This document shows, in pieces, positions 19,508 to 28,340 of a stretch of 64,000 nt of DNA. Under the pieces are notes generated by a model. The model did not search any database. It worked only from the letters and a program-made list of their open reading frames with translations, and was not told the origin of the DNA. The stretch is from Gemmatales bacterium. Its GTDB lineage: Bacteria > Planctomycetota > Planctomycetia > Gemmatales > HRBIN36. Within the stretch, counting starts at the first letter, position 1; every line of letters begins with the position of its first letter. A program made the position numbers and the translations under genes. Where the stretch lies: assembly GCA_025060195.1 (NCBI GenBank), contig JANXCQ010000014.1, positions 13,829 through 77,828 of the forward strand. Reading direction: 5' to 3'.

Positions 19508-19957
19508 ATGGCCCGCGAACGAGATGGCTTGGAAACTGCAATTTCGGCACAGCAAGCTTCGCCCTTCCTGGAGCGGCGAGACAATGTTTTTACTCCTCCC
19601 TTGGATATTTATGAAACCCCGGACGGCCTCGTGTTAGAAGCTGACCTGCCAGGGGTAAGCGGAGAGAATCTTCGGGTTTGTGTGCAAGGAAGTGTGTTGG
19701 AGATATTCGGCAAAGTAACTTGGCCAATCCCAGATGACGCGCGGTTGATTCACGAAGAGATGCGGCCCGGAAATTTTTTCCGCTCACTCATTTTGCCTGA
19801 AGAGGTGGACGTTGACGCTATTAGCGCTGAGTTTCAGCACGGAGTGTTGCGCCTGCTATTACCCAAAGTGTCGCGAGCCAAACCGCGGCGTATCGAAGTC
19901 AAGCTGGCCCAAGTTGAGCCACCGTCAGCTTCCCATCCTTTTGAAGTTCCCAAGTAA
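19508..19957 (+). CDS. Hsp20/alpha-crystallin family small heat-shock protein
   Basis: ATG at 19508, 14 nt after the previous stop. TPPLDIYETPDGLVLEADLPGVSGENLRVCVQGSVLEIFGK...LILPEEVDVDAISAEFQHGVLRLLLPK. Confidence 0.9.
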   Translation: MARERDGLETAISAQQASPFLERRDNVFTPPLDIYETPDGLVLEADLPGVSGENLRVCVQGSVLEIFGKVTWPIPDDARLIHEEMRPGNFFRSLILPEEVDVDAISAEFQHGVLRLLLPKVSRAKPRRIEVKLAQVEPPSASHPFEVPK

Positions 19958-20586
19958 GCTTTCCCAAGGAAGCTCAGAGTAAATCCAAATAAATTAATCA
20001 GATAGACGGTCTTTTGGCGGTTGTAAGTTTGGCTAGCCACGAGTTAGCACTCTTGCCATTGGGCAAATCGCAATTGGTTAAAACTTGTCTGTTTCTGCCC
20101 TTGCCCAGCCTACATGAAGCTTCCCAAGCCGACTTAAAAACCAGAGTCCCATAAAGAGTATTGAGGTTTCTAGGTATTCCGGCTAAGCAGGGTAATGCCC
20201 CTGGCCAGTTGTGGTCGAGACCATGCCTTACTGGTGATTGTATGGTTCGCCTATACTAACCTTAGTCATGAAAAGCGGATCGTATCGGGTAAATTGGGTA
20301 CAACGAAGAAGCTCAGCTGTCGAATCGCGAATTAGTCCGTTGCACCCAACTGTTTGTCAAAGGTGCATTCCGGCTTGCCGATAGAAAGTACGTCGTTGCA
20401 CAACAAGCAGGACGGTCAAAATGGGAGAGCAAAAAGCTTATTCATCGCAGGATGAAGTTGTCGAATGCCTCCTAACTAGCGTCCTGCGAGCAGAATCGCT
20501 GACCTTCGGAAATAACCCCAACTAACCTAAAAACAACCTTCCTTGAGGCGACCAGACTGGCTGGTAGTTCGTCTCCTCCCGCTGGG

Positions 20587-20625
20587 GCGTGCGGAGGGTG
20601 CTAGACCCGACGCACGCTCTTTTTT
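20587..20625 (+). terminator. Rho-independent terminator, + strand orientation
   Basis: GCGTGCG-GA-GGGT-GCTAG-ACCC-GA-CGCACGC (11 Watson-Crick pairs with a 2x2 internal loop), followed immediately by TCTTTTTT. On the minus strand the U-tract would be on the wrong side. Confidence 0.55.
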
Positions 20626-20683
20626 GTGCGATAACGTTGCGCTTTCCCCTTTGTAGCTGCCTAATCCTTAGCACCGACTATCA

Positions 20684-21742
20684 TTACTGTGGCAACTGAA
20701 CGGGCTCGCCGCCGGCTCGGGTGCCCAAAGCACGCCAGATTGCTAAGGCAATTGAACCGCGGACGACTCGTACCGAGCCATCCATCATCCCGACGTTGAC
20801 GAGATTGCCTGGATGGTAACTCCGGGCTGTGATCGCTGCACACGTGCGAATCATCACATGACTGCCCTCTTGGCGGGAGTTGAAGTCGCAATGGCGGAAG
20901 ATCATACCATTCCAGGTGACTTGGACGTCGGTCATAGGTGGCAAAGTGGTGGTAAAACCTGCGTGGTGGACGCGACCATCGGGCCACTCTGAGTGTCCCG
21001 TATTGTCGTTGCGTGTCGGCCCCATCCTCTTATCGGGCGCAGCCATGACCAAGGCAGCCACTTCCTCAGATGTGGACGGAATCACGTCGCAGGGATCGGT
21101 GCTCATGTTGCGCGAATATGGCGTAAAGGCACGCACTTCAGCAATCATGAGCGTGTTACTGGTGCCATCGAGCGCCGCCAACTGACCGAGCGTCAGTTGC
21201 GCGTTGGGAAAGAATACTCCATCACTCCCCTGCCCGGTCTGTGGATTCCAAACCAACCAGGTGCCGAAATTGAAGCCGTAGTTGTGGGGATACACATACG
21301 GTTCGGGCACGCCATTGACCAAGCGTGTCCGCACCGTGTCATTGACCTCGCTGGGACACATAAACACAGGGATACGCATCTGCGGCACTCCTGTATGGAG
21401 CTGTTGGTCCCAAGGAACTTCTAGGTCCACCCGGGCTCCTGCGTTGCCCTGCTCGATAAACTCCAGGATGCGTCCATGGATTGACCATGATCGGTTATTC
21501 GTGCCGAAGGTGGCCCCGATGGGAGCTAGCATACTGGGGGGCAGCACACCGTAATGAGATTCGTAATTATGCACGGCAAGGGCTAACTGTTTGATGTTAT
21601 TTTGACAGCGCATGCGATTAGCGGCCTCCCGCACCCGCTGAATAGCTGGCAGTAGCAGAGCCATGAGTAGCCCGATTATGGCGATCACGACGAGCAACTC
21701 GATAAGTGTGAATGCCGACTTGCATCGCGTTTGCCTGTGCAT
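20684..21742 (-). CDS. DUF1559 domain protein with prepilin-type N-terminal cleavage/methylation motif
   Basis: I chose the start at 21742 (ATG behind CCAAGGAG) over the 441-aa extension. MHRQTRCKSAFTLIELLVVIAIIGLLMALLLPAIQRVREAANRMRCQNNIKQLALAVHNYES is the signature N-terminus of the Planctomycetota DUF1559 family. Confidence 0.9.
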   Translation of the reverse strand: MHRQTRCKSAFTLIELLVVIAIIGLLMALLLPAIQRVREAANRMRCQNNIKQLALAVHNYESHYGVLPPSMLAPIGATFGTNNRSWSIHGRILEFIEQGNAGARVDLEVPWDQQLHTGVPQMRIPVFMCPSEVNDTVRTRLVNGVPEPYVYPHNYGFNFGTWLVWNPQTGQGSDGVFFPNAQLTLGQLAALDGTSNTLMIAEVRAFTPYSRNMSTDPCDVIPSTSEEVAALVMAAPDKRMGPTRNDNTGHSEWPDGRVHHAGFTTTLPPMTDVQVTWNGMIFRHCDFNSRQEGSHVMIRTCAAITARSYHPGNLVNVGMMDGSVRVVRGSIALAIWRALGTRAGGEPVQLPQ

Positions 21743-22723
21743 GACGCTACTCCTTGGAGCGTGGATGCGAGTCCCGGGCACGGTCGTTGTGTGAGTTGGT
21801 CTCACAGGATTCTTACCTAGTTCTATAATATCGCTCGCTGTTACACTGTGGCTAATGCTGTCGCTAATTCTTAACGTTTGACGATTGGCAGCCCTGCATA
21901 CTAACAAATGCCGCTTAAGAATAGGAGGTCTACGCAAGGCCCGTGCTAAATGCCGATTCTCAACAGGCGCGTCGGGGCATACCTGTCCCGCGCGCACCAC
22001 CCTGGCCATACTACTGGAACGCTAGCCGCTCCAAGGGTCGGCCGAGCACTCCAATTTGTGGAGAAAAGGGGAGCATCACGGTGCCCTCGGCAGCTAGTTA
22101 TGGCAAGTCACTCGCAGTATCTGCGGGCACTAGCTCATCCATGCGGGATGTTACAGGCGAGTTATAGTCGCAGCGCAATAAACAAGTTGGAGAGACCCCG
22201 TCGGAACTAACTTGGGGGTAGTTCGCTCCGCGCCAAGCCGCGTCCTGTACGGTTTGGTTGTCTAAATTGTCGCAAATAAATCGCGGTAAACTGTAACCAC
22301 GTTGCTCCGTAGTAGCCGCTTCACAACGCTAGAGGCGTTATCTTTTCCCACCATGAGGTTACGGGGAATAAAACGCAGTCGTGGCCCATGAAGGCACAGA
22401 GAGTGGTGTGTGGCCTGCGCCTGTTCAGAACATAAGACTGTTTGGATTACTGTTAGGGGGTCTCACTACTACATTGAAGCGGAAACGGAACGCGACGTTG
22501 TCTTGCGCAAGTACCAAGCAAGCTCGAAGTTTCCGAACACCACACATTTGGTTGGGGATTTGGGCTGGACAAAGTGAAATTCGATTGGCATATGCGTCAG
22601 CGAGTATGGCCAGCATGCCCACAGTTGAGCGGCCGACACTTACGGGGGAATCTCTTGATGACCATGTATGCTGCCAACAGTCGCCACAGGTGCCCCGCGC
22701 AGGGCACTGTGCAGCAGGCGGGA

Positions 22724-23488
22724 ATGATTAAGGGGGAGAAATTTTTCTCGTGCGGTCACCTTCCGCGTTCAGTGACCTGCCGACCCTTACGGAGTACGAC
22801 CGCTTGGATCTTTAGCACAGTTCTGGGCACAGCGCTACTGGTAGCCCTTAGCTGGGCCGAAAGGTCAGGATTTGCGGAAACTCCTGGTCGTGGGAATAGC
22901 CGAGTGTCACCAAGTTCATCTGGAGGCGAAGGCTCGTTCACGGATGGGCTTCGGCCTCGTCGTGCCGCGACTGAGGCCAAACCGCAGGCCAACGACACGA
23001 ACCGGGTTTCAGGCCGATCCTCCTCCCGTGCCATCACAGAACCGATCGCCGCGCGATTACAACGTCGTTTAGAAGTTTGCGACCGTATCAAGCTCTTGGC
23101 TCTAGAAACCGGCGACGCTCGCTTGGAGGAAGAAGCGTGTAAGGTTGAGGATTTGATCTGGCGATGGTATTTGCAGGAACAACAGCGTGTAAGTTCGCCC
23201 ACTCGAGGCGCGCTACCCGGTTCAGCACGCACTAGGGACACAGGACATCGGGCCTCGAGCGACCCTTCACGCGGTGGGCCTGAGCGTCCCGTGCCTCGCA
23301 GCGCCACAAACTCTGAGCCACTCCAAAAGTCAAGGGAAATGGAAACCAAGCCCCTCATTCCTGCCCACGAACGTTTGGACCGGCTCGATGTGCACACGAT
23401 TCGAGGTTCTGCATCTGAGGTATCCGTTCCTGTGGTGGAGCTGAGTCCCGAGGTGGGCCAAACCTCGCGTCAGGAACAGGAGAAATAA
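22724..23488 (+). CDS. hypothetical membrane-anchored protein (low complexity, one coiled-coil segment)
   Basis: The ORF is open from 22574, and the start is uncertain (ATG 22724 is the last before the TM segment WIFSTVLGTALLVALSW). The helical block is ARLQRRLEVCDRIKLLALETGDARLEEEACKVEDLIWRWYL. Its stop overlaps the next start (TAATG). The antisense 213-aa ORF looks like R/S-rich shadow sequence. Confidence 0.5.
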   Translation: MIKGEKFFSCGHLPRSVTCRPLRSTTAWIFSTVLGTALLVALSWAERSGFAETPGRGNSRVSPSSSGGEGSFTDGLRPRRAATEAKPQANDTNRVSGRSSSRAITEPIAARLQRRLEVCDRIKLLALETGDARLEEEACKVEDLIWRWYLQEQQRVSSPTRGALPGSARTRDTGHRASSDPSRGGPERPVPRSATNSEPLQKSREMETKPLIPAHERLDRLDVHTIRGSASEVSVPVVELSPEVGQTSRQEQEK

Positions 23489-23832
23489 TGGTGCACAATA
23501 GGTTCACTGCCTCTTTTACATCAGTTTGGTTAGCGGGAATCCTCCTGACATTTGGGTGTCAGTCGGCCCCCTTAGGGCTGCACGATCCACTGGTACGAGG
23601 CAGTGTGGTTCCTGCTGAGGAGGCCCGGTCGTACCAATCTATTTGGTGGTCGCGTGCCTGGAGTTGGTGGCCTTTCTGGTCTGATGTCGGTAAGCACTCT
23701 GCCAATCCGGAATCAAATAATCTCGCGGCTCGTTCGGTTCAGCCGGAGGAGGTTACTCCAGCGACCGCCTGGCATGTGTTGAACCGATTACGAGAAGAGG
23801 TGGAACGCGACTTAGCGGATCCGCAGAACTAA
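23488..23832 (+). CDS. hypothetical lipoprotein
   Basis: Translationally coupled to the gene upstream. It has a signal peptide with lipobox LLTFGC. No recognisable domain. Confidence 0.55.
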   Translation: MVHNRFTASFTSVWLAGILLTFGCQSAPLGLHDPLVRGSVVPAEEARSYQSIWWSRAWSWWPFWSDVGKHSANPESNNLAARSVQPEEVTPATAWHVLNRLREEVERDLADPQN

Positions 23833-23939
23833 CCGATGACTCAAGGATTCAGATGTTGGTAAGCGGGCGTTTCCTAGCCTTTGCCAGCATTTTGCGTTTC
23901 GGTCTGCAATAAGACAGACCTCGTCTAATGGTGGGGAGC

Positions 23940-24269
23940 TCACGGATGGGGCGTGGCGCTTTGGCTCTGAGCCAAACGAGCCGCGAGGTGGGTCTCGACT
24001 TCATGGTCGCGCACCAGCTCGACGTCCCGTTTACCCCGTTCGAAACGGTAAACAGCCAATTCGCCGACATACTCGCCTGGAGCCAGACGTAACGCTTGAC
24101 GGCTTCGTACAGCCCGCTGGTACCATTTCCACAGACAATCAGCGCAAGTCAGACCGTAAGTCTTCAATTCTCGCGTGTAGCCATCGCTCCACTCAGCGGC
24201 GATTTTATAGATTGCCGGTCGGCCACAATTCGGTTCGTAGCACAGCACGGGATAAGGCGGCATCGGCAT
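23940..24269 (-). CDS. small Cys4 (zinc-ribbon-like) hypothetical protein
   Basis: 109 aa: ..VLCYEPNCGRP...(27)...LTCADCLWKWY.. gives CX4C...CX2C. It lies 78 nt downstream of uvsE on the same strand. Confidence 0.5.
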   Translation of the reverse strand: MPMPPYPVLCYEPNCGRPAIYKIAAEWSDGYTRELKTYGLTCADCLWKWYQRAVRSRQALRLAPGEYVGELAVYRFERGKRDVELVRDHEVETHLAARLAQSQSATPHP

Positions 24270-24347
24270 GGCCCACCTCGCGTTGTTGGGGATGGCTGAC
24301 CCACTGAATCGCAGGCGCTCTTTGCACTGGGGCTTCTCGAAGTTGCA

Positions 24348-25313
24348 CTACTCAGTGTTATGCTCTTTCGCCGAGGACTGCCGCTGGGCGAAATAGCGAG
24401 CGAGGCGAAGCACGGCCTTCTCCTTCGCCTTAGCTTCGACGTCCACGGTCATGGATAGAGGAAGCCAGCATACTGGAAAGTCGGCTGGTCGGATGAAATC
24501 GGCATGCTGGGTCGGATCGCGGCTACGCCAACCGCTTCGGGGACTGGAAATGTGGAAAATCGGCTCGCGATTCCACGTGGCATACGCTAACTCCGTGGCC
24601 TGCTCGACACTCAGGTCGTCGGGAAGGCATCGGTGATGATGGACGTCGTAAACCAAGGGGATTTGCAGGCTGTGGCAAAGCGGCAGAAGGTCGGCGACAG
24701 TGTAAAAGCGATCGTCGTTTTCTAAGGTGAGGCGTTGACGAACTTGATCGGGCAGCCGATCGATGGCTCGTGCTAGACGTTGCAGGGCTTGCTTTTTATC
24801 TCCGTAGATGCCGCCGGCATGAATATTGATTACGTCTGCGCCTAGGACTTCAGCTAAGTCAGCGTGCATGACCAAGTCCTGAATCGCCGCACGTACCACT
24901 TCCGGGCGTGGACTGTTCAGTAAGACAAACTGGTCTGGATGAAAACTCAACCGGATTCCATGGGATTGTGCGAAACGTCCAGCCTCGCGGAAGTGTTCGT
25001 GTATCTGGGCAGGCAGGTCGCACAGTCGGTAATGATATTGCTCATGGGTGGCCAAGGGGAGAAGGTCGCTCAACACGCGAAACGCGCGGATGCCGAGACG
25101 GAGACAATATTCCAGGGCACGTCGGAGCATGATAGCGTTGTGTTCCACCAAAGCACAGAGCCGGTGCCAAGCCGCGGCCGACGGTAGTTTACTGAGCGCT
25201 GCCGCGGTGGTGGTGCGAAAGCGAACTTCGCTAATGCCGACGAACATACAGCAGAGTCCCAATCGGCATCGGCCTACGACGAGTGGCTGAGGGGAGGCGG
25301 TACACGGGCTCAT
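24348..25313 (-). CDS. uvsE: UV damage endonuclease (UvdE/UvsE family)
   Basis: RLGLCCMFVG...RFRTTT..., IRAFRVLSDLLP, RLSFHPDQFVLLNSP, VINIHAGG, RLTLENDD, PLVYDVHHH are the conserved TIM-barrel blocks of UvdE. ATG 25313 gives 321 aa (family-typical); the ORF is open to 25526. Confidence 0.85.
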   Translation of the reverse strand: MSPCTASPQPLVVGRCRLGLCCMFVGISEVRFRTTTAAALSKLPSAAAWHRLCALVEHNAIMLRRALEYCLRLGIRAFRVLSDLLPLATHEQYHYRLCDLPAQIHEHFREAGRFAQSHGIRLSFHPDQFVLLNSPRPEVVRAAIQDLVMHADLAEVLGADVINIHAGGIYGDKKQALQRLARAIDRLPDQVRQRLTLENDDRFYTVADLLPLCHSLQIPLVYDVHHHRCLPDDLSVEQATELAYATWNREPIFHISSPRSGWRSRDPTQHADFIRPADFPVCWLPLSMTVDVEAKAKEKAVLRLARYFAQRQSSAKEHNTE

Positions 25314-25556
25314 CGTACAAGAGTTCTCCAAATTCGGATCAATCCCGGCGTCAGATGTCCAATCGGCGATGCTGGCACTCCGCCATAGCAACCCGTCGGC
25401 GGTTATCACTACCGCAGCGTGCCAGATGTTCCCACGGATGTGCGAGGCGCTCAGTGGTTCTGTCGTCGGGCTAAGGGGAAATATCCGAGGATGAGGATGA
25501 GAATTATCTTGCTTAGGCTGCGGCATCGGGAGTCCCTTCCCAGGAGAGGAGCGGGG

Positions 25557-26465
25557 TTATATCCATACCTTCACTCGCTCCTTAAGACGTTCGGGCAGCC
25601 GTTTTTCCAGGTAACGGTGCACTTGCTGGGGATGATAACGAGTACTGAAATGCGCGACGATGATGACTTCATTGTTGAACCGTTCCGACCGCTCGAGTAG
25701 GTCATCAAGATGCATATGGCCGAACTTATGGATTTTATCTTTCTTATGCGAGGGAAGGATGAAGCTAAGCTCCGTGATCAGGATTTTCGCGTCGTACAGG
25801 GTGGGGTAAGCATCGAACACTTCCGGGCTGGTGTCGCCGGTGTAGGCCAGGACGGGCGTGCGCACTTCTTGAGTCACGGGCACACCGCTAAGCCGCAAGT
25901 CGCGGATTTTCTCGCCGGGCAAGCCATGATATTCAGGCTTGAGTTTCTGGCGGCGATTCCACACCAAGTAGCCGACTGAGGGAACGGTATGCGCGGTGCG
26001 GAACACGCCGATGACGTATTCGCGGTTCAACTCAATCTCATCGCCCGGTAAGACGCCTTTGAGTTGGCAGGTAAGTCGACCGCGGTCGAGATGTTGCCAA
26101 ACGCGAAGTAAACGCTCTGTCCAAGTCAAGGACTCCGCAGGTAGGTAGATCGTGGGCGGTTCCATCCGCATCATGCGCCGGCGGGCAATATAAACGGGCA
26201 GACAAGCGGCGTGGTCGAGGTGCATGTGGGTGATGAGCCAAGTGGGCATGTTCATGAAGTCCCACGGCTGGGCTCCCAAGTCGAAGCCGATCTTCAGCTC
26301 GGGTATACGCCAATAGGTCTGGACTGCGGCGCGGGAATAGCCCTCAATTGTTAGGCCCGCGTGTTGTAAGACTAGTATGGGGGCGTTTTCGACCATGGTT
26401 GGCTGAGTCGGCATATGCACGCGTGAGAACCAGTCCGCCTGTCTACGGGCGGCTGGCTGATGCAT
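25557..26465 (-). CDS. MBL-fold metallo-hydrolase (RNase Z/beta-CASP-unrelated short form)
   Basis: HxHxDH motif ([13 protein letters not shown]) plus a downstream His/Asp pattern (..YTGDTS.., ..VAHFSTRY). Confidence 0.75.
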   Translation of the reverse strand: MHQPAARRQADWFSRVHMPTQPTMVENAPILVLQHAGLTIEGYSRAAVQTYWRIPELKIGFDLGAQPWDFMNMPTWLITHMHLDHAACLPVYIARRRMMRMEPPTIYLPAESLTWTERLLRVWQHLDRGRLTCQLKGVLPGDEIELNREYVIGVFRTAHTVPSVGYLVWNRRQKLKPEYHGLPGEKIRDLRLSGVPVTQEVRTPVLAYTGDTSPEVFDAYPTLYDAKILITELSFILPSHKKDKIHKFGHMHLDDLLERSERFNNEVIIVAHFSTRYHPQQVHRYLEKRLPERLKERVKVWI

Positions 26466-26587
26466 TTTATGGTCGGCTCAATTGTGGGAAGATGACGCAC
26501 CTTTGCTGCTAACGCATGTCGGCTTCAATGCTTAAGAAGGGGAAGACTTCACGGTCGGCTCGGCACCGCCCTAAACGCGCTAGACTC

Positions 26588-27715
26588 TTAGCAAATATGG
26601 GCTCCCTGTGTTTCCACATAAACGGCGTAAAGCGATTGGCTGGCCGTCATGAATAAACGGTTCCGCTTTGGTCCGCCGAAGCAGACATTGCTGCAAATTT
26701 CAGGCAGTCGGATGAGGCCGATGCGAGTACCGTCGGGAGCGAAAACATGCACGCCGTCGTAGCCTTCACCCACCCAGCCGGCCGAGGCCCAGACGTTGCC
26801 GTCTTTGTCGCACCGAATGCCGTCGGCGAAGCCTGCTCTTCCGTCCATTTCCATCGAGGCAAACTCCCGCCCTTTGCCGAGTTTTTTACCCTCCTTGACC
26901 TCAAAGACCATGATGTTCCGAGGAGCTTTTTCGTAGTGCGAGGCTCCAGTTTCGGCCACGTAGAGAAGTTTATAGTCGGGCGAGAAGCATAGGCCGTTGG
27001 GCTTGTACATTTCGTCGGTCATCTTTTCGACTTTCCCAGTTTGCGGATCGATGCGATAGATGGCTTCCTTGAGCATCAACTCGCCTTTCTGGCCCTCGTA
27101 GTCGAATAAGCTGCCATAGCCCGGGTCAGTAAACCAGATGCCGCCGTCCGGGTGCACCACGACGTCGTTTGGACCGTTGAGGGGTTTACCCTGGAAGCTG
27201 TCGGCCAAGACGGTGATTTTACCGTCATACTCGTAGCGCACCACGCGGCGATGGCCATGCTCGCAGGATATCTGTCGGCCCTGATAATCGAAGGTGTTGC
27301 CGTTGCTATAGCCAGCAGGTTTGCGAAATACGCTCACGTGGCCGTCTTCATCGAGCCAGCGAAGTTGGCGGTCGTTGGGAATGTCACTCCAGACCAGGTA
27401 CTTGCCCACCCCGTTCCAAGCCGGCCCTTCGGCCCACAAGGTGCCCGTATAGAGACGCTGGATCGCGGTATTTCCGATTTTGTATTTAGCGAAGCGTTTC
27501 TCCAGCACGACGATATCAGGGTCGGGGTAGCGCACGGGCGGCGCGTTTGGGCCGTAATCGCGTCCCATGAGCGTTCCTCCCAGGACAGTTAAGCTCGCGG
27601 TCAAAAATTGTCGGCGGGTGATAGTGCTCGTGTCTGCATCCGATAAGCCAGCACCATACGCACTAAGCTCCATGGCTCTATTCTCCGCAAAAGCCACAGT
27701 GAGCAATGTCAGCAT
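26588..27715 (-). CDS. SMP-30/gluconolactonase/LRE family protein, Tat-type signal
   Basis: Twin-arginine signal TRRQFLTASLTVLGG. Propeller blocks are AEGPAWNGVGKYLVWSDIPNDR, PNDVVVHPDGGIWFTDPGYG, PNGLCFSPD, ADGIRCDKDGNVW. Confidence 0.85.
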   Translation of the reverse strand: MLTLLTVAFAENRAMELSAYGAGLSDADTSTITRRQFLTASLTVLGGTLMGRDYGPNAPPVRYPDPDIVVLEKRFAKYKIGNTAIQRLYTGTLWAEGPAWNGVGKYLVWSDIPNDRQLRWLDEDGHVSVFRKPAGYSNGNTFDYQGRQISCEHGHRRVVRYEYDGKITVLADSFQGKPLNGPNDVVVHPDGGIWFTDPGYGSLFDYEGQKGELMLKEAIYRIDPQTGKVEKMTDEMYKPNGLCFSPDYKLLYVAETGASHYEKAPRNIMVFEVKEGKKLGKGREFASMEMDGRAGFADGIRCDKDGNVWASAGWVGEGYDGVHVFAPDGTRIGLIRLPEICSNVCFGGPKRNRLFMTASQSLYAVYVETQGAHIC

Positions 27716-27812
27716 GCTCGACTACAGAATACGAGCCGACATTTAGCGAGCCAACTGTAGGATTCGCATCAAGCCAAAGGACGCTATGTTACCCGCGCGA
27801 ATATGAGGGTCT

Positions 27813-28322
27813 TTATGCATCGGGGTTCGATTCCGGAGGCGGTACGCCGGATTCTGATGGCCCCGAGGCTGGGCAAGTGGCCCTGGCGCGACGCCGACCC
27901 AGACTCAAGACCGTGCCAAATAGCCCAAAAGCCACCACAGCGGGCCAAAATGGCGTGTTGCTGATCCCTGCCAGAAGGAAATCCACACCCACGTAGCAAA
28001 GCAGTAACCCGAAGAGGCGCCGCATCCAGATTTCAGGAATCCGCGGAGCTAGGATCGCTCCGAGGTAAGCCCCTAACGTCAGGCCCAGGATAAGCAGCGG
28101 CACGGCTCCGAGCCGCACTTGGCCCCGACGATAATACTCAATGGCCGCGAATAGACCGATGGGCGGAATGAGCACGGCCAAGGTTGTGCCCTGCGCTTCG
28201 TGTTGCGTGTAGCCGAACCAGTAGACCAAAGCTGGGATGAGCAAAATACCACCACCGATCCCGAAAAGCCCGCTCAGAATTCCTGACATCAACCCAACCA
28301 GCAAATAAAGAAACCATCGCAT
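27813..28322 (-). CDS. sulfite exporter TauE/SafE family membrane protein (short form)
   Basis: GLMSGILSGLFGIGGGILLIPALV... and four TM helices. The last ~35 aa are non-membrane, so the true stop or domain end is uncertain. Confidence 0.6.
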   Translation of the reverse strand: MRWFLYLLVGLMSGILSGLFGIGGGILLIPALVYWFGYTQHEAQGTTLAVLIPPIGLFAAIEYYRRGQVRLGAVPLLILGLTLGAYLGAILAPRIPEIWMRRLFGLLLCYVGVDFLLAGISNTPFWPAVVAFGLFGTVLSLGRRRARATCPASGPSESGVPPPESNPDA

Positions 28323-28340
28323 GAAGCTACTCCTCAGCGA

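Noticed and set aside
19947-20128. Three occurrences of TTCCCAAG as a regulatory repeat in its own right.
   Set aside because: One copy lies inside the hsp20 coding end, and the spacing is irregular. Three 8-mers are not enough, so this is mentioned only as context for the orphan-terminator finding.
20684-22009. N-terminal extensions of several listed ORFs: 20684-22009, 6693-7559, 59155-60018, 42481-43554, 24348-25526, 19433-19957, 32229-32591, 41915-42463.
   Set aside because: In each case an internal ATG preceded by a purine-rich SD-like element begins exactly where family-typical sequence starts (a signal peptide, a prepilin motif or a conserved N-terminus). The upstream extension has no counterpart and often starts at GTG or TTG.
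22756-23397. Long antisense or out-of-frame ORFs in the track. Examples: 22756-23397 (-), 10578-11126 (-), 15133-15558 (-), 33838-34266 (-), 48584-48973 (-), 42657-43037 (-), 29326-29859 (-).
   Set aside because: All lie inside better-supported genes on the other strand or frame. Their translations are Arg/Ser/Pro/Ala-rich with no motifs. This is typical of shadow ORFs in G+C-rich coding DNA.
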